Shown here: in pieces, positions 32,622-47,379 of the stretch
Layout of the letters: each line of letters begins with the position of its first letter
Position numbering within the stretch: the stretch's first letter is position 1
Notes under the pieces: generated by a model
Database searches by the model: none
Seen by the model: only the letters and a program-made list of their open reading frames with translations
What the model was told of the DNA's origin: nothing
Source of the DNA: the human T2T-CHM13v2.0 reference genome, Homo sapiens
Direction of reading: 5' to 3'
Length of the DNA stretch: 64,000 bases
Assembly: GCA_009914755.4 (NCBI GenBank)
Contig: CP068257.2
Location: 29,664,001 to 29,728,000 of the forward strand
Program-made: the position numbers and the translations under genes

Positions 32622-33689
32622 CAGACATTTTTTCTTGTCATCATTCCCTAAACAATACAGTATAACAACTATTACCTAGCATTTATTTTGTTTTAGGTAT
32701 CCGGAGATGATTTCAAATGTGTGGAAGGATGTGCCTAAATTATATGCAAATGCTATGCCATTTTCCAAAAGAGATTAAGCATCTATGGATTTTGGTGTCC
32801 TCAGGGCAGGGAGGGGATGTCCTGGAACGAACCCCCCACAAATACGCAGGGACAACATCTCTTGATATTGTCTGTATCCAGAATGTCAGTTCCCTGAGGG
32901 TAAGGATGCTTCCCAGCCTTCTGCCCTATTGTCTCCTTACTACCTGCAACTGAGCACGTGAACGCAGTGAACACACAGATGCTGACTTCAAAAGTCAAAG
33001 ACAACCCGCAAGAAGAAACGCTGAGGTCGGCTCCCAGAAAAATCCTCGTAACTGCTCACTTTCGTGCTAAGGTGCCTGTGCACACAGTCCTGACGACTCC
33101 TTGTGGGAAGGGTGATAAGACTGAGGCAGGATTTGAGCATTTCTGGTCCCCAGGTCACAGTACATTCAAATACGACCAAATCCCTGCTGTCCGTAACCAC
33201 CCTTGATGCAGGAAAGTGTGGCTAACACGGCATCTACCATATGAATCAGCTCACCAGAAAATGCATCCTTAGTGTCCACAGCGCAGCACATGGCCAGAAG
33301 GAAGAAAACAGGAACATGAAGTCAGTGCTTTCACAGCTATGAAGCCGCCAGGGAAAATCCCATTCTTAGAGTATCAGAGCCTCCTGCTTGATGAGGGATT
33401 CTCCCCTGCTGCCCAGTGACTGCTGCCCAAGCCGACAGGCTGCAAAGAACTTCAAGAAGTACTATAGGTCAAAAGACACTTTACTAGATGTCATGAGTAG
33501 AATGCAGTGCTGTGTCTCCTCAATTTGGTTTGAATGTTGTTGCTGTTTCATAATACCATTTTATAGAGCAGTTTAAGGTTCACAGCAAAATTACGCAGAA
33601 AGCACAGAGATTTCCCATATACCTCCTGCCCCACACGCACAGCCTCCCGACTACCAAGATCTTTCAACAGAATGGTCTGTTTGTTGCAA

Positions 33690-34104
33690 TCAATAAACAT
33701 ATATTGACACATCATTATTACCCAAAGTCCATAGTTCACATTAGGGTTCAGTCTTGGAGCTGTAGATTCCATGGCTTTGGATGAATGTATAATGACATGT
33801 ATCTACCATCACAGTCTCATACAGAGTAGTTTCACCACCCTGGGAGCACCAGTCCTGTGTGCCCTGCCTGTTCATCCCTCTCTCCTCCCTAGCCCCTGGC
33901 AACCACCTTGATGGTTCTTCCATGTTCTTTCATGACTAGCTCATTTCTTTTCAGTGCTGAATAATATTCCATTATCTGGATGTACCACAGTTTATACATT
34001 CACTTACTGAAGGGCATCTTGGTCGTTTCCAAGTTTCCAATAAACCTGCCATAAACATCCGTGTGCAGAGTTGTTTTTGGTTTTTTGCATGGTTCTTTGT
34101 ATTT

Positions 34105-34130
<26 letters not shown>
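33690..34130 (-). mobile_element. Older L1 fragment (antisense), ORF2 C-terminus/3' UTR region
   Basis: 'tagcccctggcaaccaccttgatgg...ttcagtgctgaataatattccattatctggatgtaccacagtttatacattcacttactgaagggcatcttggtcgtttccaagtttccaataaacctgccataaacatccgtgtgcagagttgtttttgg'. This is the reverse complement of the L1 '...atggaatactatgcagccataaaaa...' region. Confidence 0.7.
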
Positions 34131-34376
<246 letters not shown>

Positions 34377-36635
34377 GTTCTCTGTATGTTTTTAATAGCA
34401 GTTTGGTGTGGGGAGACACACCGAAAGAGAAATGCAAAGAATGACCTTAGTGAGTTAGAGACAAAATAGACTTCATACTCTCCAAGAAAGTCCCTCTTTC
34501 TAAGAACACTTTTGAGAAGTTAAATTTGGCAAAGAATTCTAGTGTTAGTTTTATATACACATGCATCCATTTCTAATACTATGATTTTTTTTCAAGCACT
34601 TCAGATGGATTTATAAACTCGGAAAGGTAAAATGTGATTTGAACATTTTCTTTTGTCCCTATTAAATAAACATGTCCGTGGAACTTCGCTGTAGATTCCA
34701 TTATACTTAGGCTATGTTTTCCCAACTGGTACTACCAGCCCACGTGTTCTCTGAGGGATCCACTGTTGTGACATACAGAGCCAGTGCTAAAAAAAACAAA
34801 AATGCTGGGTTGAATGCATTTCAAAGATTCAACCAAGTAGTCAACGAAGATGATGACAAACTGTAAAACAAAGATGCCTACAAATTTCTGGACACAGGAG
34901 TAGAAATGAATTATGAAAGTAAGCATCCATCCCACCAATTATGTCTCAAAATCCATATATAATTATTAAACTGAAGTTGCAAAACTGTAGGCATCTCAAG
35001 GCAGATAGGTTCATCCTTTGGAAAAGGGGAGCTCACCACATCAAACACAGCCTGCAGGCCCATAGGCCCAACCAGCCACAATGACTCCCAGGGGAAAAAT
35101 GAGGAAGGAGGATGTCCCAGAACCCAAACGTGTCTTAAATGTTATTCCAAAAGAAACTACTTCTCAACTATCTCTAAAATCCAAATGCATTCCTGGTAGG
35201 ACAGAGCCTACCCTACCACACTCCTGAGGACTGGGAATCTCCGGCTATGCCACACCAGCTTGAAACATCCAACCAAAAGGCATTTGACCAGGCCTTCCAT
35301 TGGACAGCACTACTTTCCTACTGAGGGCTGACATTCTGCAGATAAATTTCCCAAATCCTGTATTTACCACTCTAAGTATTCCTGGGCACTCACACCCACT
35401 GCCATTTGTGAGTCAGAAAGAGGGCTGGCAAGGAAGCCTGGTGGATACACAGACAGAGGTCACAGAATGAGGGTCCCACATGCAGGATTTCAGTCTGATT
35501 TCAAACGATGGAAATAAGAGGCAGGCAACTCACATTTCAATACCAACTTCATGTGCTCTTGAGAAAAGGGAAATATTGAACATTCAGATCAGCTTTTTGC
35601 TTTCTTTTAACTACAAGGTCCCAGCGAAAACATAATCCGTGTCTAACATATCCAATTACTGAGAAAAAGCACGTACATGCTCCTGTGTTCTCTTCACCTG
35701 GCTAGTAACAAAATGGTATATTTTCCCATTTTATTTAATTTTTCTGCTCTCAAAATTACTTCCAGATCCTATTTTTTCTTTAGTTTTCATTTTCATCCTA
35801 CATGAAACCCCCTACTCCTGGAGTAAAAAGGAAAGAAAGAAAAGGAAACAACCACAAGTTAACACGGTATTTTAAAATACAACACCAAAAATATAAAATC
35901 CAGCCACGGCATCTGAGACTGAAAGAAACAAATAAATAATGTGTAAATAAATAATGCAGCACTATCAAGCTAAAAGTTGAGTCTTGGTACATAATATCCA
36001 TATTACAGGCTTTGCCAACTATACAGAGAGAAATTTCTATACACTCAAGGAACCTAAGGATGCAACTCACAGCCCTGAGCAACAGGCTCAACTAAGGTTG
36101 AAGAGTCAGGAAGAGCCCAGGATAAGAACTTTGGTCTCCTGACCTCTTTCTAGCCCAGTGCTCACCTTCTCATATTTCATATTAATGAAATACTAACTAG
36201 CAAATAATGATAATCATTTTGTTTAAACATACATGACTGAGCTTACCAGAAATACCCTCACTCACCTCACTCAAAAAAACTTTTTTTTTTTTCACCAAAA
36301 GAGAAAAACCACTGTGCCCTGAGCAGGAACCATTTCTAGCAGTATCAACACTGCCACTGGAACCACCCAGAGAAAATGCTCAAACCACCACCAGGGAACT
36401 CGCGATAAAACACCCACACTCACATTCACACTATGTATGTGATCATTAAAATCACCCTCCAATGATCTACAAAAAAAAAAAAAGTCTGTTGGTTAGAGCT
36501 CTTCATGACTAAATGGCTCATCAGACATCTGCCCAAACTAGATTCCTCTAAATATTGAGAAAGGTGAAGCAGAAACACTAAGAGTCCACATTGGTTTTCT
36601 GTCCCAACTCTTAAAAAGAACTAAATAAACCAGGC

Positions 36636-36760
36636 ATGGTGATGTATGACTGCAGTCCCAGCCACTCAGGAGGCTGAGGCAGGAGGATTGCTTGAGGTCA
36701 GGATTTCAAGGCCAGCCTGGGCAACATGGCAAGACCCCATCTCTCAAAAGCAATTTTTAT
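36636..36760 (+). mobile_element. Alu monomer-length fragment (FLAM/FRAM-like)
   Basis: 'accaggcatggtgatgtatgactgcagtcccagccactcaggaggctgaggcaggaggattgcttgaggtcaggatttcaaggccagcctgggcaacatggcaagaccccatctctc'. Confidence 0.75.
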
Positions 36761-37017
36761 TTTAAATAAATAAATGAATTAAAGATTGTAGATGCACTGT
36801 TCACTACTTGAGCTACCAACACAGGGAAATCAGGACCACAGAGGCTAGGGTTTCTCAGCTGCCCCGAGGGCTGAGGATCTGGGTAGGTGTGGTTTGTCCG
36901 CCTGGGGGCTGCTGAGCCTAGTCCAGGCACTTTACTTCTCTCCAACTCCGTTTTTTTCAGCAGTAAAACTGGAATATTAACAGCTCATTGGATTACTTTG
37001 AAGATTAAATGTCCTGA

Positions 37018-37415
<398 letters not shown>

Positions 37416-37964
37416 TGAACACTTATGAATTCTTGATGGTATATCTTTTCTTCCCTTCTACACTGTAAGCTACGCTGTACCCCAAAGATGATATTCTACA
37501 CTGTATCCCAAAGATGATATTCATAGCTACCCAACAAATGATTTGTTGAAAGAATGAATAAATGAGCTAACCATACCACCCTCCCCCCCAAAAAATTAAT
37601 ATGAAGCATAGTAACTAGATGTCACTCTCCTAACCTGAATACATTACCTTACCTTGGCTTGTTGAGACTTCTGCAAATACATTAGAAAGATAAATAGCAA
37701 CAGTTACTACGTAGAGGTGAAAATCGGAAACGCTTCCAATCAACGCTTATGGCTATAGGCTTTTCCACTTCGATTCAACCCCACGCTTGGTTTGCATGCA
37801 GGCAATTGCAACAGCCCCTAGTGTTCCATTCTAAAGCTGAAACCACGAAAAATCCATTTTATTTTCACTTAATGTCAACTCTTGTGCTTTCTTTGAAGAG
37901 GGATTCTGCTGCCTCCAGCCCTCCCCACCTGGGTGCTGTTTCTTTATTATCCCCACCTCCCCGC

Positions 37965-38105
37965 CTTTTTTTTTTTTGACTTGGGATCTCACTCTGTTGC
38001 CCAGGCTTGAGTGCAATGGCGTGGTTCTGACTCACTGCAGCCTCAAAGTCCTTGGCTCAAGGGATTCTCCCCCTGCTCAGCCTCCGGAATCGATGGGATT
38101 TTATG
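37965..38105 (-). mobile_element. Partial Alu (antisense, right arm)
   Basis: 'tttttttttttgacttgggatctcactctgttgcccaggcttgagtgcaatggcgtggttctgactcactgcagcctcaaagtccttggctcaagggattctcc'. Confidence 0.85.
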
Positions 38106-39105
38106 CAGGAAACACTGCACTCGGCTGTTCTTCATCAATGCTTCAGTCCTCATTACACATATTGATGCTGTTTGATCAGCAAAAAAATCCCACTGATAAG
38201 GGCACCTAACTGCGCTATCTTGACTCTCCGGGGATTTCAGATACCCTCACCTGCGCCTCCAGTAAAGCTAACCCAGGCCTCTGGAAAGAATTTTTTTCTA
38301 GCTCTGAAAGTAGTTATCTGCAGCCCATCCCTCCCTTCACAGCCCCCACATGGTTCATTCCCATCCCCATAAGCAAACCGAACTCTGCTGAGCATCAGTT
38401 CGGAGCAGAGAGAAAAGGCTGTGTGCTTTGAGCAGACTGGCTCCTTCCCAAGCTAAACACACTTATGTGCATCTGACTCCATTACCGCCCCAGCCTGCAC
38501 ATGTACCAGGGCGCCCAGCCTTTCCGGAGGTGAGCTTGTGTTTACCCACTGCCATGGGAGTATTTCCCAGTCAGCCTCTCCTCCCCACAGTGGAGACTGG
38601 CTGCAACCACCCGACCCCCAACCCAGGCAACCAAATGTGACATCCAAGGAGTTCCCGGAGTGGCCATCTGTCCCTGCCATGCCAATGTTTACGCGACATG
38701 GGCAGGAGAAGGACAGGCCAGGGAAGCCTCCAGGGTATCTTGCATCAGACCCAAGGCATCCACATCCCAGGCCGTTTGTGCCACAAAACAAAAACAGTGA
38801 AAGAAGAGTCCTCTGTCTAACCAGAGAGGTTCCCGGTTCCTAAAGAGAAGCATCCATCTCTTTAACTTTCCTGAGGGTGTTCAAAGAACCAGCCTGATAC
38901 GTTTCACCTGTGGACCAACATCTAAAAATAAAATGAGATCCCTAATTTTGCAGTTTTTAAAATATTACCTCACCCTCCCCACCCTCCACAAAGTGAAACC
39001 TAAACATGGTATTTCAGACAATAATGACTTCAACAAGCTCATGAACAGTGAAATGCTAGGAGGAATTGGCTAATGTAGAAAAGATTTAGATCAGAAATAA
39101 ACTCA

Positions 39106-39454
<349 letters not shown>

Positions 39455-39639
39455 CTAAATGTCTCTGTTTATATTCACAACCGGAGGTCAAGATGTGTGG
39501 GAACAGTCACGAGTTTAGAAATCAGATAACACACAGTTCAACTCCAGGGTCACTGCCACAATAGAGTGATTTTAGTCAAGCTACCTAGGTTCCACCAAGT
39601 AGACTTGGAGATGAGAATACGCACAGGCTCAGAGGGGCT

Positions 39640-39725
39640 GTGAGGTGCAATCATGTATTCTGTTAGAGATCACAAAGCAGAAGTATGCCAGGCACACAGT
39701 AGGTGCTCAATGTTTGCATCTTCCT
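39640..39725 (+). mobile_element. Possible MIR (ancient SINE) fragment
   Basis: 'atgccaggcacacagtaggtgctcaatgtttgcatc' resembles the MIR 3' core '...gcctggcacatagtaggtgctcaataaatg...'. Confidence 0.35.
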
Positions 39726-40157
39726 TTCCAGCCCTAGCCCTCCTTCCATAGCCTTACAATGTCGGGGGCGCACCCAGGAGGCAGAAGATGTCCAAGACAG
39801 AATAAGTGAAGACAGACGCCACTGGGGAGCGTTCGGCCGGCCATCAGCTAAGACTCAGCGCACTGACTCTGCTGGGACATATTTCTGTTATCTTTCGAAT
39901 GGGGACAAAAGATGCTTGACATGTTTCACCTACCATTTGCATGAAATCTGTTGAACTACATCTGAAGTACTGGGGGAGAATCCACATTATTCATCACATA
40001 AATGTGCTTAAACTCCCTCCGGGGGGAAGATGGGCTAGCCACTGTGCCTGAAGCCAAGAGATGACACATCCATTCTATGACTCAACTTGAGCAGCTGCAG
40101 TGTGAAAATACACACACAGGCTCACACAGAAATGGGCTAACAATTTTTAGAATTGCC

Positions 40158-40188
40158 CCTTGCTTTTTTTTTTTTTTTTTTTTTAGTT
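40158..40188. repeat. Poly-T mononucleotide run (T27)
   Basis: 'ccccttgc ttttttttttttttttttttttttttt agttttgc'. Confidence 0.97.
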
Positions 40189-41126
40189 TTGCTCTTTAAC
40201 CTCATTACTTTCCTTTGCTCACAGAACCTGGAAGCAACGTTGACATTTCTTTGGACAGCTCTGACCGGGTTTTAATCCCAAAAAGAATCCCTTAACACTG
40301 TGGCACATGAGGCACAGGGCACAGTCACAGGTCTCAGGGACTCATGATCCTACTTCAGGGAGAGCTCAGAAGGGTAACATCATCTGAGAAGGAACACTGG
40401 TTCCGAGGGGCAAAAATCACAGTGGCTGGGGCAGTCCAGAAAGACAGCCGGGAGGAGGTGGACTTGAACTGACTCTGAAGGAGAGGTAAAATCTGAATCG
40501 GCAGAGAGCAGGCAGGAGGCCAATGGGGGTAACCAACAAGGACAGGTGCCCTGAGACAGGACTCAGGAAAGCTGACTCTGGCGGGCTGTGTGGCCACTCG
40601 TTCAGCTAACATTTACTAGGCACGCCATGGCAGTCACTATAGCCATGCTGGGGCAAGTATAAAGAGAATCCAAGCAACCCACCCTGGAGGAACACACAAT
40701 AGCACGGTGATCAAGAGACTAGACTCCATAGGCCAGGCTGCCTGGTTCAAATCCTGGTACCTCACTTTCCAATGCTATTGCTTTGAATAGGTTACTTAGG
40801 CCAGAGGTGAGAAGTCATGTATACGTTTTTGATTAGGAAGTGTTTTCAGAGAAAACCAGAAAGTAGGTAGGGGAGATCTTGAAGGGAAGGAAGCCCTGGG
40901 GGCACTCTAGACCCAGGGCAAGATAAGACCTCAGCCTTGGCCTGGAATATGTGCACCCTTCTCAGGGTTAGCCCTTGCTAGGGATGCCCTGGGGGTATAG
41001 AGACTACCAGGTAGTTGGCCAAAGGGAATCCAGCCCCTAAAGGCACCCTCCACCAAAGACAGCAGGAGCGAAAGCACTCAGGGAGAGGGAATTTACTAGA
41101 CAGGTGAAGGGGACCCAAAGGGATAG

Positions 41127-41510
<384 letters not shown>

Positions 41511-44217
41511 TATTTATATGATTATTTTTACCCCTTGAAAAAGGCATGTAGCCTAATTATGATAATACAATGTGTCTGTATTATCACAGGGAAAGTGAGT
41601 GCTTTGGCTCCGCTCTCTGTTGGAGGGTGCCCTTAGGGACTGGATTCCCTTTAACCAACTACCTGGGAGTCCCTGTACCCCCAGGGCATCCCTAGCAAGG
41701 GCTAACCCTGAGGAGGGTGCACATATTCCAGGTCAACCCGGAGGTTTTATCTGCTCCGTGTCCAGACAGCCCTTGAAAGAAAGGTTTCTCCAAGCCACTG
41801 TGTACATGCGGAGAAAGGAGTGGCTACGCTGCTGTGCGTCTGGATGCAGGCAGAGCGGAGCAGCAGGTAAGACTGGAGGAACAAGTCACGGCAAGATCTG
41901 CAAAGCAGGACCCGGAATGCAGGGTGGGAAACTCTAAAAGTTACAGGAATCATGCATTCCTCAGGAAGCACCTGTGATTCTTGCCCTCTCTCAAGTCCAC
42001 AGTCTCCTATTGTGTTCAATTTCTGGACCAACCAACATAGGAGCCCAACCTGGTAAAGGTTAAATAATGCATCCCGATGTCACCTGCTAACAAGGTCGAG
42101 GTGCGTTTGTCCACGAGAGGAAGGCAAAGTTGAAAAGAACAAGAGCAACTTCACATAGCTAGAAAGCCCCTTTTGGTCTACGTCATTCTCCTCCTAGGAA
42201 GTAAACGGGGACTGCATGGGCTAACGTGACCGTTCCCACTTAGAAGGGAAACTGAAGTACCCACAGCCCTTTCTGCTGGAATTCCCTAGAAGGGGTCTGT
42301 GCCACATACAGGAAGTAGGGAGGGTGTCTTTGCAGCATATTTCTTCTCTTGGAGTTAACTGCGAACGTTGCACGGCGACCTCTTGATCCATTCTGTGAAA
42401 GCCCCAAGCCTGTCATGCAATAAAGACGTCCAGTTTCACCGCAGCAGGGAGGCCGCATGAAATATTCCACTTGAACAAAACCACTTAGCAGTTTACATCA
42501 ATGCTTACCCTGTCGCATTGAAAGTGATGTGAACCCACACCCAAGAGCCCCCAAACCAGCACGTTGATACCAAGTTTCCCCAGCTGCATCCAAATCAATT
42601 CCTTCTTCCCCTTTCCTAGTATCATGGGGGCAGACAAAAGAGAAGTCAGAAAGACAGAGGATTACCCGCAGCCAACTCCAAAATAAAATAACCATGGGAA
42701 CCACCCAGGAAGAATGGGAAAGGTTCCCAGGAAACCCATTTCAAAGCCTCAGATTGCAAGTGGGGAGACTCAGCAACCCTTTAACCACCAAAACAATCGT
42801 CACAAACAATGAACTTTCTATTGTCCCAAAAAAGGTGGATTTGGGCAGGATCAAGATAATAAAGACTTTAAAAGCTTCAATCCTCATTCCCCAGCCTTTT
42901 GCAAACGCCACACTTACCCCATTGGAAACAGAAGAGGCTTTGTCAAGATCTCCAAATGGGCCATCTGCAGGGACTGCTCACATACTAGGTGAGAGACTAG
43001 GATTCAGAGCATTATGCCCATGGTACCAACCAGCCTCCTCTTCCTCCTCCTGGGCTTCAGGTCTAGAAAGGTGGGTCTCAGTCCACAGTGATTCTACCTA
43101 TAAGAGCAACATAAGAAAATAATGGGTTTTGTGCTTCGTTTTTACATACCTCTAGAGATTGCAAGATTATCCTCAGAAACATTAACGTGATAACACAGGA
43201 AAAGTACCTTACATGTTGTAGACACTCAATACATTAGAGTATGGATATTTTGATAAGCAGTTCGTATTTTAATAAAGAAGCATTTACCAGGCTTAGTTAT
43301 CTATAGCTTTGTAGAAAGCACCTTGACTGTAGAGATTCTTGCCCACCAAAATCTCATAGTTAATGGAAACACTGAAGCATGTGGCTGCAAGGTACTAGAG
43401 GAAGCTCTACGATTCAGTACAAGAGCTCACAAATCAATCCACCCTGAATCATTCAAGAAACAAAACTTTCCAAAAGTGATGATCTCTTCCCTAAAAGTGT
43501 TACCAATGAAAGCCATGCTAACACTTGTTTTCAAGCAACGGCATCAAAATAAACTGGAGAAGTGGGTGTTGCAAAATACTCATGAAAACGACGCCTCCTT
43601 GTTCTCCATTCTCATGAAAGCATTGGCTAGAACAAAATAGCACCACTGGGTCATAGTGGGCAGGCCAGACCAGGTGCAGCTAGTCAATCTGTCTTCATTG
43701 AAAATAACTCCACACTTGAAGCTGATTCACTACCCAAAATGTAAACCAAGACTCACTCCTTGAGCAAAGCAGAACTTTAGCATAGCACCATAAAGCAAAT
43801 GAAGCCTTTTCCCAGCTCACAATCCCTTTCCATCCCCAGTCCAGTCCCTTGCAATACTAGATGCATAAATAAATGCTAAGTAATTATGCCATTACATAGG
43901 ACAAGGTCCTTATACCCTAGGACCTTGTCAACTGAGAGACCCTAAGAAGAACCAATGGCTCAGGGTTGGGCAAACTCAATAACGCTACATTCCCTTGTCG
44001 GGGAATATTAACCAGCCAAGCTCCTCTGTCCTATGCTCTTATTGTCCCTTTTTGGTTACAGCATCAACCATAATATCAAACAATCAACACTTCCCCCAAA
44101 AGTGCTTAGAAACTCCAAGGTCTGAAAAAGTACTCCAAGGTCTGTGGCACGAAACTGCTATGGCAGTCACCAGCATCGTCTATCTTCACGTTTAATTCTT
44201 TTCCTGTTTTAATTTAA

Positions 44218-44340
44218 TTTTTAGAGAGGGGGTCTCACTATGTTGCCCAGGACAGCCTCAAACTCCTGGGCTCAAGCAACCCTCCCGTCTCAGCCTCCTG
44301 AGTAGCCGGGACTACAGGCACACACCGCCATGACCAGCTT
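44218..44340 (-). mobile_element. Partial Alu (antisense, monomer-length)
   Basis: 'ttttagagagggggtctcactatgttgcccaggacagcctcaaactcctgggctcaagcaaccctcccgtctcagcctcctgagtagccgggactacaggcacacaccgccatgaccagct'. Confidence 0.85.
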
Positions 44341-45837
44341 CCAAGTTAAATTCTTGAGTAACTAAATTTAACACACTTTGCCTTCATAGAAGCAACCCAC
44401 TAACTTACATCTCAGTCGCTGCCAAGTTTCGGGCTTTGTACTCATTTCATTTTTACACTAAAGGCAGGCAAAAAAAAAGGAAAGAAAAAAACAACAGAGC
44501 AGAGCAGTGGGTAAGATCCTTAGGAGATGAGACAAACTGAGAGGAAAAAAAAAAACCAACACTGGGAAAGTAAGATAAAAATTGGAGGGAAGAAATGGTA
44601 AGATAATCAACTAGGAAAACAAGATAAAAATACTGAAAATATGGAACTTGCCCATAATGAAGAGAGAACAAATGGGGGAAGTGGTTTTTGTTTTATTCTA
44701 CGGCAGTAACTTCACCTTCCTTCACCTTCCATTGAGAGAAGTGGAAAGGTTGGAGGTAGGACAAGAAAGGGTAGGAGGCAGAAAATACTAATCGTTACAC
44801 TGAAAACACTAAGTGTCACTATTAAATGCCTACTTTGTGCCAAACAAAGGATAGAAACCTTACACGAATATTCATAATGAAATCTCATTATACGCTGAAT
44901 TCACAGTGCAATTTCACAATCAGTTTCCAGATCACATTTGGGGAAATACAAGTTCAGAGAGGTTAGGCAATTTTCCTGAGGCCACACAGTCAAAAGGGGC
45001 AGAGCAAGAATTCAAAGCCAGGTCTTTCTGACTCCAGCATCCTTTCTGATATACTTAGAAAGAATCTGTTCTGAGAAAACTTTAAAATGCTCAGACTCAT
45101 GCATTAAATATGAACCAAAATGAAGTGTCTTCTCCAGTCATTACAGCAAATTTGTTCTGCTGTCGTACAAGGTAAATCTGTATTGTCAAGTGGGTTGAAA
45201 GTACCTACAATTCACTTTAAATTACCAGTAAGTCTTATGTAAATTCTAGTTACATTTTTCCAGAACAATATCACAGGGTGTGCCTCAATTAATACACAAA
45301 ACCCACCTTGGAACAATTTGGTCCACTGTGTGTGGTGTTCACAAACAGAAAGTATATTTTAATAAAACTGAAAAAACATAATCTATGTCAAACATACAAA
45401 GACAAATACATGGTGTCCTCCTACTTGCAGCTAACGAACTCAGTTGCTAATTTTCAAAGGCTGTTTAAGGCCTTTTTCGACAGAGTTCCACTGGGCAGAA
45501 TTTTAAAAATGAATATAAACTCAAGAAAGGAGGTGGCCTTTGTTTGTGTTCCAATTAAGATACCATCAAAAATCGAAGTTGGTTCTTCCAAAAGACCAAT
45601 AAAATTGATAATACATTAGCAAGACTGATGGGGAAAAGGTACAAATAACGCCATGAATGAAAAAGGAAACATATCTACAGATACTACAGTCTTTAAAAAT
45701 ATTATGAGGACAGCATGTTCAATATTATACCAATTTTAAATTGTACATAAAATGGGAAAATTTCTGTAAAAATTAGGTATTAAAACAAACAATTTTAATG
45801 ATCTAGTATCTATTAAACAAATTTACAATTTAAAAAC

Positions 45838-45960
45838 AGTCAGATAAGGTGGCACATGCCTATAGTCCTAGCTATACAGGAGGTTGGGGCGGGAGGATCA
45901 CTTGAGCCCAGGAGCTCCAGTCCAGCCTGGGCAACAGAGCAAGACTCCATCTCTAAAAAG
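45838..45960 (+). mobile_element. Partial Alu (sense, right-arm fragment)
   Basis: 'agataaggtggcacatgcctatagtcctagctatacaggaggttggggcgggaggatcacttgagcccaggagctccagtccagcctgggcaacagagcaagactccatctctaaaaag'. Confidence 0.85.
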
Positions 45961-47379
45961 AAGAAATAAGTGAATAAAATTTAAAAATATAACCAACCAG
46001 AGACAAACCAGCTTATTTACTGGGAGAGGTGGGGAGACAATATGAAAAGATAATGATACAGAAATTGCCACTTTCTCTCACATCTACACGGTCATATACT
46101 AGCATTAACCCCAATTTCAAATGTCCTCATGATGGTATCTTCCAACAGTCACATGTGACAATATCTAAAAACCTTTGCTCTATGAACAATGCAGTTCCCC
46201 TTTTTGTAGCTAAGAATTATTGTTCCATAAAACTCCGTCTATTAGTCAGTTTCACCAGCATTATCATGAGATCCAATTTGGTTGTCTTTCCTGTTGAGTG
46301 AGTTACTAAAGGTTCCTTGTGGGGTGGAGGGGCGTGAGGGAGTAGATCACAGACCTCATGTCAGCATCAATTTCACATCTACCTGCTGCTGGGTCCTTTC
46401 TTGAGCTCAAAATGAGCTAGAACTCAGGGCTCTAGCCCTGGATCATGCAACCTGTTGTTCTTCCCTAAGCCATGTCTGATTTGGTTTAAAAGTAATTTCC
46501 TCTCCATCTGTATCTTTAACTTCAAGGAAGTGGGAGAGTCAGAGCAAGCTAAGCAAACTGCGGCCCCAGCAACCTGCCTCCCGACCCCCAAAGTTCAAGG
46601 GAAGGTATGCTGAGAGAGTCTGCCAATTCCGCTTCGATATAAGAAAAATGATAAAATCAGCTACTGACATTTTCCTGATTGTACCCACCCCAGACCTGGG
46701 AAAGAACATTTGGCTTGCTATAAATACAACAGGAGCCACACATTTTTCACCTTCATTTCTTCCCCTCAAAGTAAGATGATTCTGTAAACATTCTCATGAA
46801 GGATTCGCTTACAAAAAAACAAAAACCAGCTCCAGCTGCTGGTGTACTATTAAGTTGTTGATCAGGTATGAAACAAGTGCAACAGGTAACAGTTAACCCA
46901 ATAGCCTCCCTCTGACCCCTACACACTGAGCAAAAGCTACACAGGCCAAATGGAAGCCCAGTGACCAGCTCCAGACTTGAAATAAAACCTAAATCCTGTC
47001 TGTGAGAAGCCTCATTTGAGCTAAGTTTATCCTTTGCTGGGACATACTGCCACTTGCAATGATCCCAGCCCCCAGCACCACCTTCCACCCAAACTTCCTC
47101 TCACAAAATTGACTTAGGCAATCGATCCAAAGGTAAGCTAGCTTTCACAGAAAGACAGACATTTAAAAAAATGATCCAGATAAACAAATCACACCTCCAC
47201 AGCCAGGAACCTAGAGTCGAACTAATTTAATCAGATGTAAAATTAATGAGAACCCCGAGACTTCCGACGTCCCACTCCAGAACTCCCATCCAGGTGCGGT
47301 CGGGAGCCACAGCTTCTGAATATTCCTTCGGAACTTTTTTCTCACTTGATTCCCAAGCCTGTCATGGGGTTCTTTTTCA

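Larger units (their letters stand above)
31922..32867. mobile_element. Tigger-family (TcMar) palindromic MITE, ~370 bp of element split by a 575-bp nested insertion at ~32047-32621. TA target dinucleotide at 31920-31921.
   Basis: First half 'cagtcgccattccctatccacgggttcagtatccatggcttccatatctgtggactcaaccaaccgtagatcaaaaatattc...gtacttaacacgtaca'. Second half 'cagacattttttcttgtcatcattccctaaacaatacagtataacaactatt...tgtgcctaaattatatgcaaatgctatgccattttcc...catctatggattttggtgtcctcagggcagggaggggatgtcctggaacgaacccccc...gggacaac'. Matches a remembered MER44/Tigger3-like consensus. Confidence 0.65.

Noticed and set aside
40158-40188. T27 run and other poly-A/poly-T stretches (for example 9099-9116, 57503-57541), considered as terminator-like or regulatory elements
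   Set aside because: These are retrotransposon poly-A tails or remnants, adjacent to or part of Alu/L1 copies, or simple mononucleotide repeats. Rho-independent terminator logic does not apply to a eukaryotic genome.
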